From: Amoebophrya sp. A120 | Lineage: Eukaryota > Protista > Dinoflagellata | DNA: 64,000 nt | Direction of reading: 5' to 3' | NCBI GenBank assembly: GCA_905178155.1 | Contig: CAJINV010000015.1 | Location: 581,309-645,308, forward strand | Shown here: piece after piece, positions 23,701-35,700 of the stretch | How the letters are laid out: every line of letters starts with the position of its first letter | How positions within the stretch are numbered: position 1 is the first letter of the stretch | Made by a program: the position numbers and the translations under genes | The notes under the pieces: generated by a model | The model's database searches: none | The model's input: only the letters and a program-made list of their open reading frames with translations | Told to the model about the DNA's origin: nothing

Positions 23701-26700
23701 CCGGTCGCTGCAAAAGATGACGGGCCGGCAGGATTTATTTGTGCAGAGGTACTAGCGGAAGAAGGAAAGAAGATTTTTTCCCGAAAATCCTGCAAAATCA
23801 GCTCAATGATCCGGAACAACGTCGCAAATGTCGGGTCATTGGCATCAAAACTGGACTCACTGCTATTCATCCCGATGCCATCTCCTGTAATATGGCTGCC
23901 GGCTCCGCCAACCACGGAAAAAGTGGCAGGACTACTTGCAGCTGCGCCCATCATCATGTTACTATCCTGGCTGTGGATGCTTTGCATGTTCATGTTGAAG
24001 CAGTTATCAAGTGTAAAAATGTCTGGGTCTGGAAGATTTCTAGATTTGTCATGCATGTTTTGCATGACCCAGGATGCCTGTAATGCACGACCTAGCGTCA
24101 CAGATTTTTAGAGCGCTTCCTCATGCCTATTCCGCATGACAAATGCCATCTCCGTGGAGCACAAAGTCTACTCCTCTTACTGGTCACGCAACACAAATCT
24201 TTTTCGAATCCAGAGACAGCATCACAAGTCTAGATTCTTCCAGACCCAGATATTTTTGCATTTGATAGCAGTTCATTTTCCGCAACTCCATCTCGAGTTT
24301 CGTCGCGCTGGCCAGAAATATGGGAGTGTCAGAGTTGAAATCGACAAAGTTGAAATGATTTGTCATGCATAAAATGCATGGCCCGAGTTACGTGTGTTGC
24401 AGAGCAGGCAAGTGAGGTCGATTGTAAGCCTGTTTGGGGTTATAGCTCGAGCTGCTAAAGTAGCATGAGAAAATCGCTCTTCTTTGCCTAGACAGCATGA
24501 CACACTGGATTTAGGGACCGTCGAAATTTGTCATGCGCCACTTGAAAACTGGGTTCCAACTGGCATCCATTTTTATGCATAACAAATTACTTCAACTTTG
24601 ACGATTTCAAACCTGACGCTTCCATAAGAAACTCGATGACTTTACTCCACGCGACAATGGTTAGATCCTCCCCGGCCGACTGCAAAACCGTTTCCAACGC
24701 CTCGACGACATACTGCCGCATCTCTCGGTCCGGAGACCGGAGAAGTGATCGGAGCGGGCGGAGCCAGTCGGAATTCCGAAAATTTTTCTCGACGGAATGA
24801 ACCGTGGTTTTCGAAGCGGCTGGTGCAGTAGTAGAAGCTAGTCCACTACCTTTGTGGTTGTTCCCGAGGGATTCATCTTGGTTGGAAGATTGCTTTTGCT
24901 TTATTCCGGTCTTGTCTTGTCGACCGGGCGACTTGGCTTCATTGTCCAGGTCGAAATCGTATCAAATGTAAAAATGTCTGGGTCTGGAAGAATGCAAGAT
25001 TTGTGATGCAGGTTTTCCATGACCCATGAGGTCTGGAATGCGAGACCCAGCATGACAGATTTTTTGAGGTCTCTATCATCCCTTTCCCGCATGAGAAACT
25101 CCCCCTCAACTTGGTCAAAAGCGGACAGCTTTTGGCACTCACGCAACACAGATTTTTGCATCATTCAGATTTAGCATGACAAGTTCCAACCTTCCAGACC
25201 CAGACATTTTTACACTTGATAAATCCCCCGGCGAAGTGGATTCCAGATACGCTGCAACGTCGGATGTTTTCCTCGCCGGGCTGTTATTGACAGAAAAAAA
25301 ACCATCGATCCCCATCTTCCATTTTTCGCATGACAAACACAGGACATATATGCATGTTTCGCATGACAAATAACTCGATGGAAATTTGGGTGTTCGTGTT
25401 TTTTCCTGGAAGATAACTGTCCCGTGGTTTCGCTAAGCCACCGGCGATGATCAGGGCGAGGGAGTGGATGATCTGTTTCCGGAGAAGGTTTTTGTTCTGC
25501 TGGTTGGCCTTGGACCTGGAGGAAGTTGTGGTTGCGGTGTTGACAAGGGTTGAGTCTTCCACCACAGAAATATAGTCGAAAAACTTCTTCACCAACACAT
25601 CCATCAGAACGGCGTTTGGAGTCGGCGGTGCTTCCTGCTGCACAACTTGTTGCGTTTGATCTCCTTCTCCTCCTGTGTGAGAACCCATTCCTCGTCCCAT
25701 AGAATTCTGGACGATGCTGCACCTGTGGATGCGATGGACGTTCACGCCAATCAGGGTACTGAGCTGGGAGAGGAGAAACTGAAACATAGACGCATTGTTC
25801 TGTTGCTGTGGGTCTTTTGTCATACCGGATGTTGAACTGGTAGCTGAAGCGAGCTTTGCCTTGCTTTCCTCGAGAAACTCCGAAGCAACGCTAGCTGTAG
25901 TGCTGCTTCCCGGATGAAGATGAGCGCCAGTAGCACCAGACGCGCTGGTCAACACCGAAGAGGTAGATGACAAAGAAGACACACTCGGGCTTTCCGCAAG
26001 TAGGCTCGTCCCAGTATGGCGTTCTCAACTGTTACACCCTCAACTGCTACATGGCTTTGTGATGCAACAATGGCAACAGTCAAAGGGGCAAGGTTGCTGC
26101 TTTCGCATCACAGATTTGGCACAGATTTAGATGCTACTTAGCCTCTCGTCGGAGATTTGTCATGCGAAGCAGCTTGATCACGTGGCGGCTTAAGGTAGTC
26201 TCGCATGACAAATTCATGCAACAGTTGAGAATGTAACGTTTGAGAACTCCATACCCAGTCTCCAGCTTTATCACCTCTAAAAGGTACTCCAAGACCGCCA
26301 CGACCTATGAAAGCCGCAGGTTGGAAGTCCTCAAAGTGAAAATTGCTATCTATTATATTCATGCGAAAAAAGAGGTCTACAGAGGATAGAAGAGAGGTGG
26401 CCGAGAGGTCAAAAAGAGGTGAAAAGAGGTCAAAAAGAGGTCCACAGAGGTGGAGAGGTGGCGCGGGAGGTCATTCGCGAGGGTGGCCGAGAGGTGGCGC
26501 GAGTATAGCCAGCCGAACCGGTCGCCCTAAAGCCGCGCCTATGGGGCACGGAGGTGGCCGAGAGGGTCCAGAGAGGGTAAGCGAGAGGGGGACAGAGGTG
26601 CCGAGAGGTTGCGCGAATAAGCGCGAACGTCTCGCGCACCCTCTGGGCCACCTCTCGACCACCTCTGTAGACCTCTACCGGCGAGTATAGCCGGACTGTT

Positions 26701-29700
26701 AGGCGCGCCCCTCGGAAGAGGTGAGACAGAGGGTCTGCGAGAGGGTTAAAAAAACCCGAATCCGCCCGGCACAGGGTCGATTTTTTGGGCCTTTTTCGTC
26801 GTGTAGGTTCGCACCGTCTCGCGCCAACCTCTCGCGCACCATCTCGCGCCACCCTGTCGCGCCACCCTCTCTGGCCACCCTCTCGCGCGTGATCACAAAG
26901 GGGCTTCGCGGCCCCCGTTCTGCCTCGGCAGGCACCTACGCCGAGGCGGCTTCGCTTCGCCCCCAAGTTTCGCTGCAGCTGCTCCCTGCGCATAGCGCCA
27001 GAAGGCGCGGGAAGCGCGCAGGAGGCCCAGCGGGTTGAGATGGCGCAATCCGGCGCCAGTATTTCCTTCGACCTATCACGCCGGGCGCAAAGCTCTGGCG
27101 CTGTGGCCCGATCCGCAAATCGTCCTGCCCCACCACAACAGCCGCTCGCCCCGGCGTCGGCCGGGGCATGGCTGGTAGTTTGTAATGCAAAAAAACGACT
27201 CCAGTTGGAGCACCATTTATAACTCCTATTGCTGAGCTGCGCGAGTTAAAACTTTGCGACGGGGAGGAAAATCGCCCGCGCCGGAAATTTTTTGACAATT
27301 TTGAAACTTTCCAAAGCTGTCGCGATTTGCGAAATCGCCCACCGCCCAACGGCCAACGGCAACCGGCCAAATCGCAAACGGCCAACGGCCAAATCGCAAA
27401 CGGCCACCGGCCAACGGCCAAATCGCAAACGATCAACAGCCAACGGCCAACGTCCAGCGGCCAAATCGCAAACAGCCAACGGCCAAATCGCAAACGGCCA
27501 ACGGCCAAATCGCAAACGGCCAACGGCCAAATCGCCAACGAACGGCCAACGGCCAACGGCCAAATCGCAAACGNNNNNNNNNNNNNNNNNNNNNNNNNNN
27601 NNNNNNNNNNNNNNNNNNNNNNNNNNNNNNNNNNNNNNNNNNNNNNNNNNNNNNNNNNNNNNNNNNNNNNNNNNNNNNNNNNNNNNNNNNNNNNNNNNNN
27701 NNNNNNNNNNNNNNNNNNNNNNNNNNNNNNNNNNNNNNNNNNNNNNNNNNNNNNNNNNNNNNNNNNNNNNNNNNNNNNNNNNNNNNNNNNNNNNNNNNNN
27801 NNNNNNNNNNNNNNNNNNNNNNNNNNNNNNNNNNNNNNNNNNNNNNNNNNNNNNNNNNNNNNNNNNNNNNNNNNNNNNNNNNNNNNNNNNNNNNNNNNNN
27901 NNNNNNNNNNNNNNNNNNNNNNNNNNNNNNNNNNNNNNNNNNNNNNNNNNNNNNNNNNNNNNNNNNNNNNNNNNNNNNNNNNNNNNNNNNNNNNNNNNNN
28001 NNNNNNNNNNNNNNNNNNNNNNNNNNNNNNNNNNNNNNNNNNNNNNNNNNNNNNNNNNNNNNNNNNNNNNNNNNNNNNNNNNNNNNNNNNNNNNNNNNNN
28101 NNNNNNNNNNNNNNNNNNNNNNNNNNNNNNNNNNNNNNNNNNNNNNNNNNNNNNNNNNNNNNNNNNNNNNNNNNNNNNNNNNNNNNNNNNNNNNNNNNNN
28201 NNNNNNNNNNNNNNNNNNNNNNNNNNNNNNNNNNNNNNNNNNNNNNNNNNNNNNNNNNNNNNNNNNNNNNNNNNNGGGAAACGGCCAACGGGAAACGGCC
28301 ACCGGGAAACGGCCAACGGGAAACGGCCAACGGGAAACGGCCAACGGGGGACGTGTCGCAAAGCGAAATACTTTGCGACGCAAAAGATTTTGCAACTCGA
28401 AAAATTTTCCAACGAAAAATATTTTGCCAGCCAAAAAATTTCGCAAGCCGAAAAATTTTGCAAGTCGAAATTTTTCGCAAGCCCAAAAATTTTGCGCTTC
28501 GAAATATTTTGCAAGCCCAAATATTTTGCAAGCCCAAAAATTTCGCAAGTCGAAAAATTTTGCAGCCCTCGAAAAATATTCTGGCCAGGAAATATTTCGC
28601 GGCAACCTTCCAAACAAACCGCCTCCCCCATTTTTGCAGCTTTGGGAACGCACGGGGAAGGCGGGGCGCACGGGGAAAGCGGAAAGCAGGGGGAGGGTGG
28701 CTGGGAAGCACGAGGACAACGGGAAGCACGGGAAAAGCGGGAAGCACGGGGAAAGCGGGGAAAGCGGGAAGCACGGGGAAGGCGGGAAGCAAGGGGAAGG
28801 CGGAAAGCACGGGGAAAACGGGAAGCACGGGGAAAACGGGAAGCACGGGGAAAGCCGGAAGCACCCACGGGGAAAACGGGAAGCACGGGGAAAACGGGGA
28901 GCGCGGGGAAGACGGGAAGCACGGAGAAAACGGGAAGCGCGGGGAAAATGGGAAGCACCGGGAAGACGCGAAGCACGGNNNNNNNNNNNNNNNNNNNNNN
29001 NNNNNNNNNNNNNNNNNNNNNNNNNNNNNNNNNNNNNNNNNNNNNNNNNNNNNNNNNNNNNNNNNNNNNNNNNNNNNNGGAAGCACCCACGGGGAAAACG
29101 GGAAGCACGGGGAAAAGGGGGGGGGGGGGGGGGGCGGGGAGCACGGGGAAAGCGGGAAGCACGGGGGAAGCGGGAAGCACAGGGAAGGCGGGAAGCACGG
29201 GGAAGGCGGGAAGCACGGGGAACACGGGAAGCACGGGGAAAGCGGGGGCACGGGGAAGACGGGAGGCACGGGAAAAGCGGGAAGCACAGGGAAAGCGGGA
29301 AGCACGGGGAAAACGGGAAGCACGGGGAAAGCGGGAAGCACGCACGGGGGAAGCAAGTAAGCGGGAAGCAAGGGGGAAGCGGGCGCGAGGCACGGGGGGC
29401 GGGGCCGCGGAGCATCGGCCCACGGTCGGGGACAGCCGCGCCCGGCCCCCGCACCAGGCCCGCAGGCGAGCAGCTGCCCACCACCCTCCCCCGGGGCCCT
29501 CCCTCTGTTCGCGAGGGGGCTGGAAGAAGGCGCCACCATCCGCCTCTCTGCCTGCCCGCGTCTCTTGGATGGAGACTCGCTCGCTCGCTGCGCGCGAGCG
29601 AGGGAAGGGAGGCGGGGGCGGTACAGACTGCGCGCAAGGTAGCGCGTGGGGCGCCGTCGTTGCCCGGGGGTGCGGGGGGGGGGGGGGGGTGGTGGGCCCC

Positions 29701-32700
29701 TGCGCCTGGACAGCAATGACTGAATGCCCTGCCCCGGCGCCCGTCCTCGCTGACTCTGCCCAAGCGCGCAGCAGGGGCCCCAGCAAGCCCCTGCCCTGCA
29801 AGACCAAGCGCGGGAGAAGGGCGGGGGGGCACCAACGCGCACAGGAGCAGGGCGCACCGGCAGGCGTCACAGACGGGCCACAAAACAGACGCGCGGGCGG
29901 GGCGTGACGCGCCAGAGCCGCGCATGGCGCGGGCTGTTCTCCTGCTTCCTACCTTCCCCCGCCCACTGGCGCCCGCCCGCTGCCGCGCTTTGCGTCGTTG
30001 TGCCTAAGGCTTGCCGCCTCAGAAGCGCGGGCCCAATACGGGCGGGGTCCTCGCGCTCGCACAACGACGGGAACCACGGGCGCCATGGCGCTCCGCCTTC
30101 GTTCTTTCAACACGAAGCGGCGCAAAGGCTTGGCCCCGCCCTGCATCAGAATTTTTTTCCCTTGCCCCCCCTCTGGCGTTTTTCTTTCCCCCCTGTCAAC
30201 TCGTTAACCTTCCCACTGTGCGACATAAGCTGCGGCCTTGTATATACTATTTCCCGGGTACTGAAAACGTGTCTGTCATGCTAGTTAGGCAAAGGGGTGC
30301 CTTCTCTCATGCTAGTCAGCAACCCAATTCTGAACCCGTAGAAGCACAATGGTCGGCCTCCATTGCGTTCTCTGCAATGCAGTCGTTTTGGTGTCGCATT
30401 GCATGCATCACAAATTATTTCCACTTTGAGGATTTCCATTCTGAGGGTGTCATACGACCAGAGCCGAGAGATTCCGGTCGGACAACCTCACCGAAACTTC
30501 ATTGAACAGAGCGTTATGGATTGCAAAAGTGTCTGGGTCTGGAAGAGTGTGATAAACTTGTCATGCAGATTGTCCATGACCCATGAGGTCTGGAATGCGG
30601 GACTTAGCATGACAGACTCTGCGAGGTCTCTGCCATGCCTATCCTGCATGAGAAACTCCCTCGCAACTTGGTCGAAAGTGGACAGCTTTTGGTCATCATG
30701 CAACACAGATTTTTGCATGATTCTGATTTACCATGACAAGTTCCACTTTTCCAGACCCAGACATTTTTGCAGTTGATAGGCGTGAATCCCTTGCAACAGC
30801 TCCTGCTTCTGCTGCCGAAGTTCGAGCAGAAAGGTTTTTTTCTCCTGCTCGGAAAACGCCTTCTGCTGCGCGTCCTGCTGTGGATCCTTGTCTTTCGTTC
30901 GCGTAATATCCTTATCAAGTGTAAAAGTGTCTGGGTCTGGAAGATTCTGACACTTGTCATGCACGTTTTGCATGAGCCATGATGTCTGTGATGCATACCC
31001 TAGCAATACAGATTTCTTGAGGGCTTCTTGATGCCTATTCCGCATGACAGATGCCTTCTCAGCGTAGCAAAAATTGCATTCCCTTTCTTGGTACTCATGC
31101 AATACAGATTTTTTTGGAATCCAAATGCAGCATCACAAGTTGCATTCTTCCAGACCGAGACACTTTTACATTTGATAATCCTTGTTACCCGAGGAGGCAG
31201 AGGTCAACGACAGTGCGGAAACACCGTCGGCAGCGGCGGAGATGGCTGCGACCGCCGAAGAAGCTGCTGATGTCGCGGCTGCCGTACTACTTGTACTGTG
31301 GTCGCCGGGCTTCATGCTGTTTTTCCGTTTAACATTCCCACCGGCACCTACTGGGCCTGCACCTCCTGCAGCTCCAGATGCGCTTGCTCTTCCGACGAGA
31401 TGAGACAAAGCAAGCCCACCGCCGGACGAATTCGCGGAAAAGTTGCCGTGAACGATCTCGAAATACTGCGCAAACAGCTTGTTCTATCCAAGAATAAAAA
31501 AAATTGTAGGTGTAACCTTTTTGGAGGAACAGCATTACAAATTTGTCTGGCATGACAACAAAAACCTGTTATGCGCAGATAGTACGTGAAGACGCCCTGT
31601 AATGCACCCTACGACGCATGCCAAGCATGACAGACACAATCATCTTGCATGTTGCGCATCACAAATTTACACTAACAACGTTTTTTTCTTGGATATGTTC
31701 CCATCGTTTGCGGCGAAGGAGAGCTTCGTGAAAATCTCCAACGACGCGCGGAGCCAGACCAGCCAATATGCTGTGCAAGAGTATCGCACTCGTAGCAATC
31801 GCATGTATGCGCGACAAATCTCTTTTTCAAGGTAAATCAGCATGAGATATTCCACTTGTCATGCTGAGCAAATTTGTGATGCGATTACTACTAGTGCGAT
31901 GCTTTTGCAAGTCATAGCCAGTGGTCTCTGTTGAAGAGCGACCCAAAGCCGTGCGACAAGTCGATAAGCTTCTTCGTTTTTACCAGGTTTGCCTTGTCAA
32001 CAAAGTAGCAGTCCTGGAATAAAACCTGGGCCGACTGCTGGTAAAGCTCTTGGTGTTGACCACCTTGAAGATGGGATTCCAAAAAGGACCTCCCGGTGAG
32101 GCTCGTGCGATGAAAGAAGTCTTCATCTCGCACTAAGCAGCTGTCGGCGGTTTTTTGCAACAAAAGCGTCATCTCCTCCTCGAGATGAAAAGAACCGTTC
32201 AAAGCCAGCAGAAACTCCAGATGCTTCCACAACTTCTGCACAAACCTTAGCCTCTCCGCCTCCTCGTTGGTATGCTGCTGATGCTGCTGCGCGGCAGAGA
32301 TTTGTTGATGAGGCCCCGGCTTCGCTGTTCCACCTCCAGGATGATCTCCTGCTGCACTGGATACACTATTCAACATCGCTGGAATGACTTTCGGCTCGGA
32401 ATAGTACACTCCGTCTACTACACTGTTATTGCTCATGATCCCGATAGTCGCTGCACTTTGCGCCGCCTCTTCGTGTTCGATCCACAGCAGATTCTCATAC
32501 CCGACCACACGATGGCATGGCGTTCTCAACTGTTACACTCTCAGCTGTTACACGAATTTGTGACGCAAGAATGGTAACAATGAACGAGGCAAGCTTGCTG
32601 CTTTCGCATGACAGATTTGGCACAGATTTAGATGCTGTTTGGCCTCTCGTAGATTTGTCATGCGAAGCAGCTTAATGGTGGCAATCTTGGTGGTGAATTT

Positions 32701-35700
32701 GCATGACAAATTCATGTAACAGTTGAGAATGTAACACTTGAGAACGCCATAGATGGTCGTAGTTTTGTCGCCAGGAGAGGAGTTTCGAAACCGAGTAGAT
32801 CTATCCTGTGCAAAAGTATCGTACTCGTAGTAATTGCATTCATGCATTACAAATCTTTTTCTTAAGGCAAATCTGCATTACAAATTTCATTTCTCATGCT
32901 GAGAAAATTTGTAATGCAATTATACGAGTACGATACTTTTGCAGTTCATAAGATCAGGTTCGTCGCAACGCTGTCGAGACACTGCTTCACAGACAGTTGC
33001 TGGTCATTGTAATTTTGCTTCAGAAACCGGAAGGGGATCATCTTTCGCGCTTCCACGTCGGACACAGAATTCACCATGGCTTCGTACAAGCTAGATATGA
33101 TCGCGAAGAGGACCGAGACGTGAGAGTCGATGGTGGTAGAGGGCGCCGTGATTGTTGAGGACGGATGTTTAAAATTACTAGATGTTGAAAAAGGACAACT
33201 CGAAGAGGATGTTGGTCTACTGGATGTCACTCTCGAGAAGAACGACTGCTGCTTGCGCACGAAGTTTGGGAAGAAATCGTTGGTCATCTCCTGTTGAAAG
33301 CTGTCCCGGCCTAGAATGGGGTGAGTTCGAGTTGCCCCCGCTATCATGCGCTCGTCATGGGAGTTCGGACTTGCTTCATACCCCTCGTCCAGAAAATCTA
33401 CTTCGCCTTCACCTTCTGTCGTACTAGCATAGTACCGTAGAAACCCCACGTCTTTATGGGGTTCTCAAACGTTACATTCTCAAGTGTTACATGGATTTTT
33501 TGGCATGCAAAATTGCCATAAGCAACCGCACGACCAAGCGGCTGCGCATGACAAATCTCCGAAGGGCTAAACAGCATGGATGTCTGTGCCAAACTTGTGA
33601 TGCTCGAGTTGCAAGGTCCTCCCTTTCACTTTCGCTTTTCTTGCATCAGAAATCCACGCAACAGTTGAGAATGTAACATTTGAGAACGCCATAGTCTTCC
33701 AATAGGAATTTCGGGTCCCGGAATAGTTTCAGGAAAATGGAGTCTAGAAACGGGTTATCAAATGTAAAAGTGTCTGGGTCTGGAAGATTCTGAGACTTGT
33801 CATGCACGTTTTGCATGGGCCATGATGTCTGCGATGCATGCCCTAGCATTGCAGACTTTTTGAGGGCTTCGCGATGCCTATTCCGCATGACAAATGCCCT
33901 CTCCGCGTAGCCAAAATCGATTCCCTTTGCTGGTCATGCAATACACATTTTTTTGGAATCCAAATGCAGCATCACAAGTTCGGACTCTTCCAGACCCAGA
34001 CACTTTTGCTTTACATACGGGTAGCAGTAGTTTTCTGCTTCATCGTGTTTCAGTATATGAACGGACAAAATGCAAAACGGGACAGTAAAAAAACCAAGAA
34101 AAATCGTGATTTGTATCATTTAGTGTGTTTACAAACAACATCCGGAACGACCGACTGCTACTCCTCCGCGGATCGCAACACTCACGACTTGATCTCCTGC
34201 AAGACAAATTCGACGAAAGAACTTGGGAGCACAACCGACTGGTGTGGTTTCGGACCGCCTGCTGATCTTCGTGCTTCATCCTCCGTCAGAGCAAAGATCT
34301 CAGGCACTTTTTTGCCATGCACGAGCGGATACGACCAAAACTTGTGGTTTAATACAGAACCACAAGGATTCGCGCCAAGGGGAAACAGAGATACGAGGGA
34401 GAAAGTCGTGACTTGTTGGCGCACGCAACCATGCTGGGATTCGTTGCTACAGGTTCATTGAAAACGAAGACAAAAGGAAACAGGGTTTGCTAATAGTTTT
34501 GGTGACAACGTCCCTCGATTATTTTTGTTTGACTGTGTCTTATTTGCCTTTATCTGCAGAAGGTCTTGATGTTGAAGTTGCAACTAAAGTTCAAGTTGTG
34601 ATGTAGTGCTGCCAAAAAATAAAAATTACGACTTGCATAGGGTAACACACAACCGGGCGTCTGGGTCCTGTAAATGATGAAGCTACTTCTACTTCAACTA
34701 CATCTCGGTGTATCTTAATTTTTTTGCGAGCGAAATCGACAACGCAACACTGCTGAGAGCGAAGTGCTGACTTCCTACCTGGAAGTGAATGAAGCTGGTG
34801 CACGAGTAGACGGATCTACACTACGAACGACCGAAAAAGTTAGCTTATTGCTGTATAGAAATACGAGTGTAAAATATTATCATTAACATTCAGAATCTGA
34901 ATCAGAAATGTGCGAGAGTTTGAGTAAACTATTTCTGCAAATCATTCTACGGATTAGAAAAAGGCGCTACTGAAAATAAAACGTGGCGATGGAGTTTGCT
35001 TTTGCTAAATATAAACTGCTGATATTGATAAACTACACCTTCTGCTTCTTGCTCGGTGTGAGCTCCTCTTCATCCACTTTTTCATTTTCCTCATCATCAC
35101 CTTCCAACTGCAGCAAGTTGATCTTCTTCTCCTCCGCCTTCATCATGTTGGCCCGCATAGATGCGAACGGGTTCAGCAAGTCCACCTTGTTTTCCGCATG
35201 CGGATTGATCACCGGCGCGCTGGAGCTGGAAGAAGCGGAACTGCTGGAGGCCGCCGTGACCTCGGACACGACCTTCTTCGCCTCCTCCGTGAACTTCTGC
35301 ATGTTGGATGCCGCCGCGGCCTTGCTCCCGATGTGTTTCGAGATGTTCTGCATGTCGATGTCGGCCATGTCGCTCGAAATCATGCAGCTCCCCAGGTCGG
35401 CCATCGCCTTGAACGCTTCCTTCTCCTTCTGCAGGCTCTTGTCCCATTTCTCGCGGGCGGTCTTGCCGGTCGGCGGCTTCGTCGGGTCCTCCTCCATGTC
35501 GAAAAAAGCCGGCACCGGCTCTCTGGTTTTGAAGGGGATCTTGAACTTCACGCACAGCTGCTCGTCGCCCTCCAGGTCGAAGCGGTACGTGGCCGGCTTG
35601 AAAACGATGCTCTCCCCGTCGCCGATCGCCGCCGTGCACTTCCACACCATCTTCAACCCCTTCTGGTAAAAAGCGGCCTTGTCTTCCTCGAATTCCCCGG

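Larger units (their letters stand above)
27220..30240. mobile_element. Non-coding GC-rich, satellite-bearing element without TIR or TSD, copy 2 (contains assembly gaps)
   Basis: Same termini and 3' GC-rich body as 17066-19848. Confidence 0.85.
26306..30454. mobile_element. Diverged family A introner expanded to ~4.1 kb by two nested elements
   Basis: tatgaaagccgcaggttggaagtcctcaaagtg / cactttgaggatttccattctgagggtgtcata; DR cgacc; family A internal pieces at 27179-27219 and 30241-30454. Confidence 0.85.

Noticed and set aside
26936-29925. Very long ORFs (677-973 aa)
   Set aside because: Artefacts of N gaps and GC-rich minisatellites.
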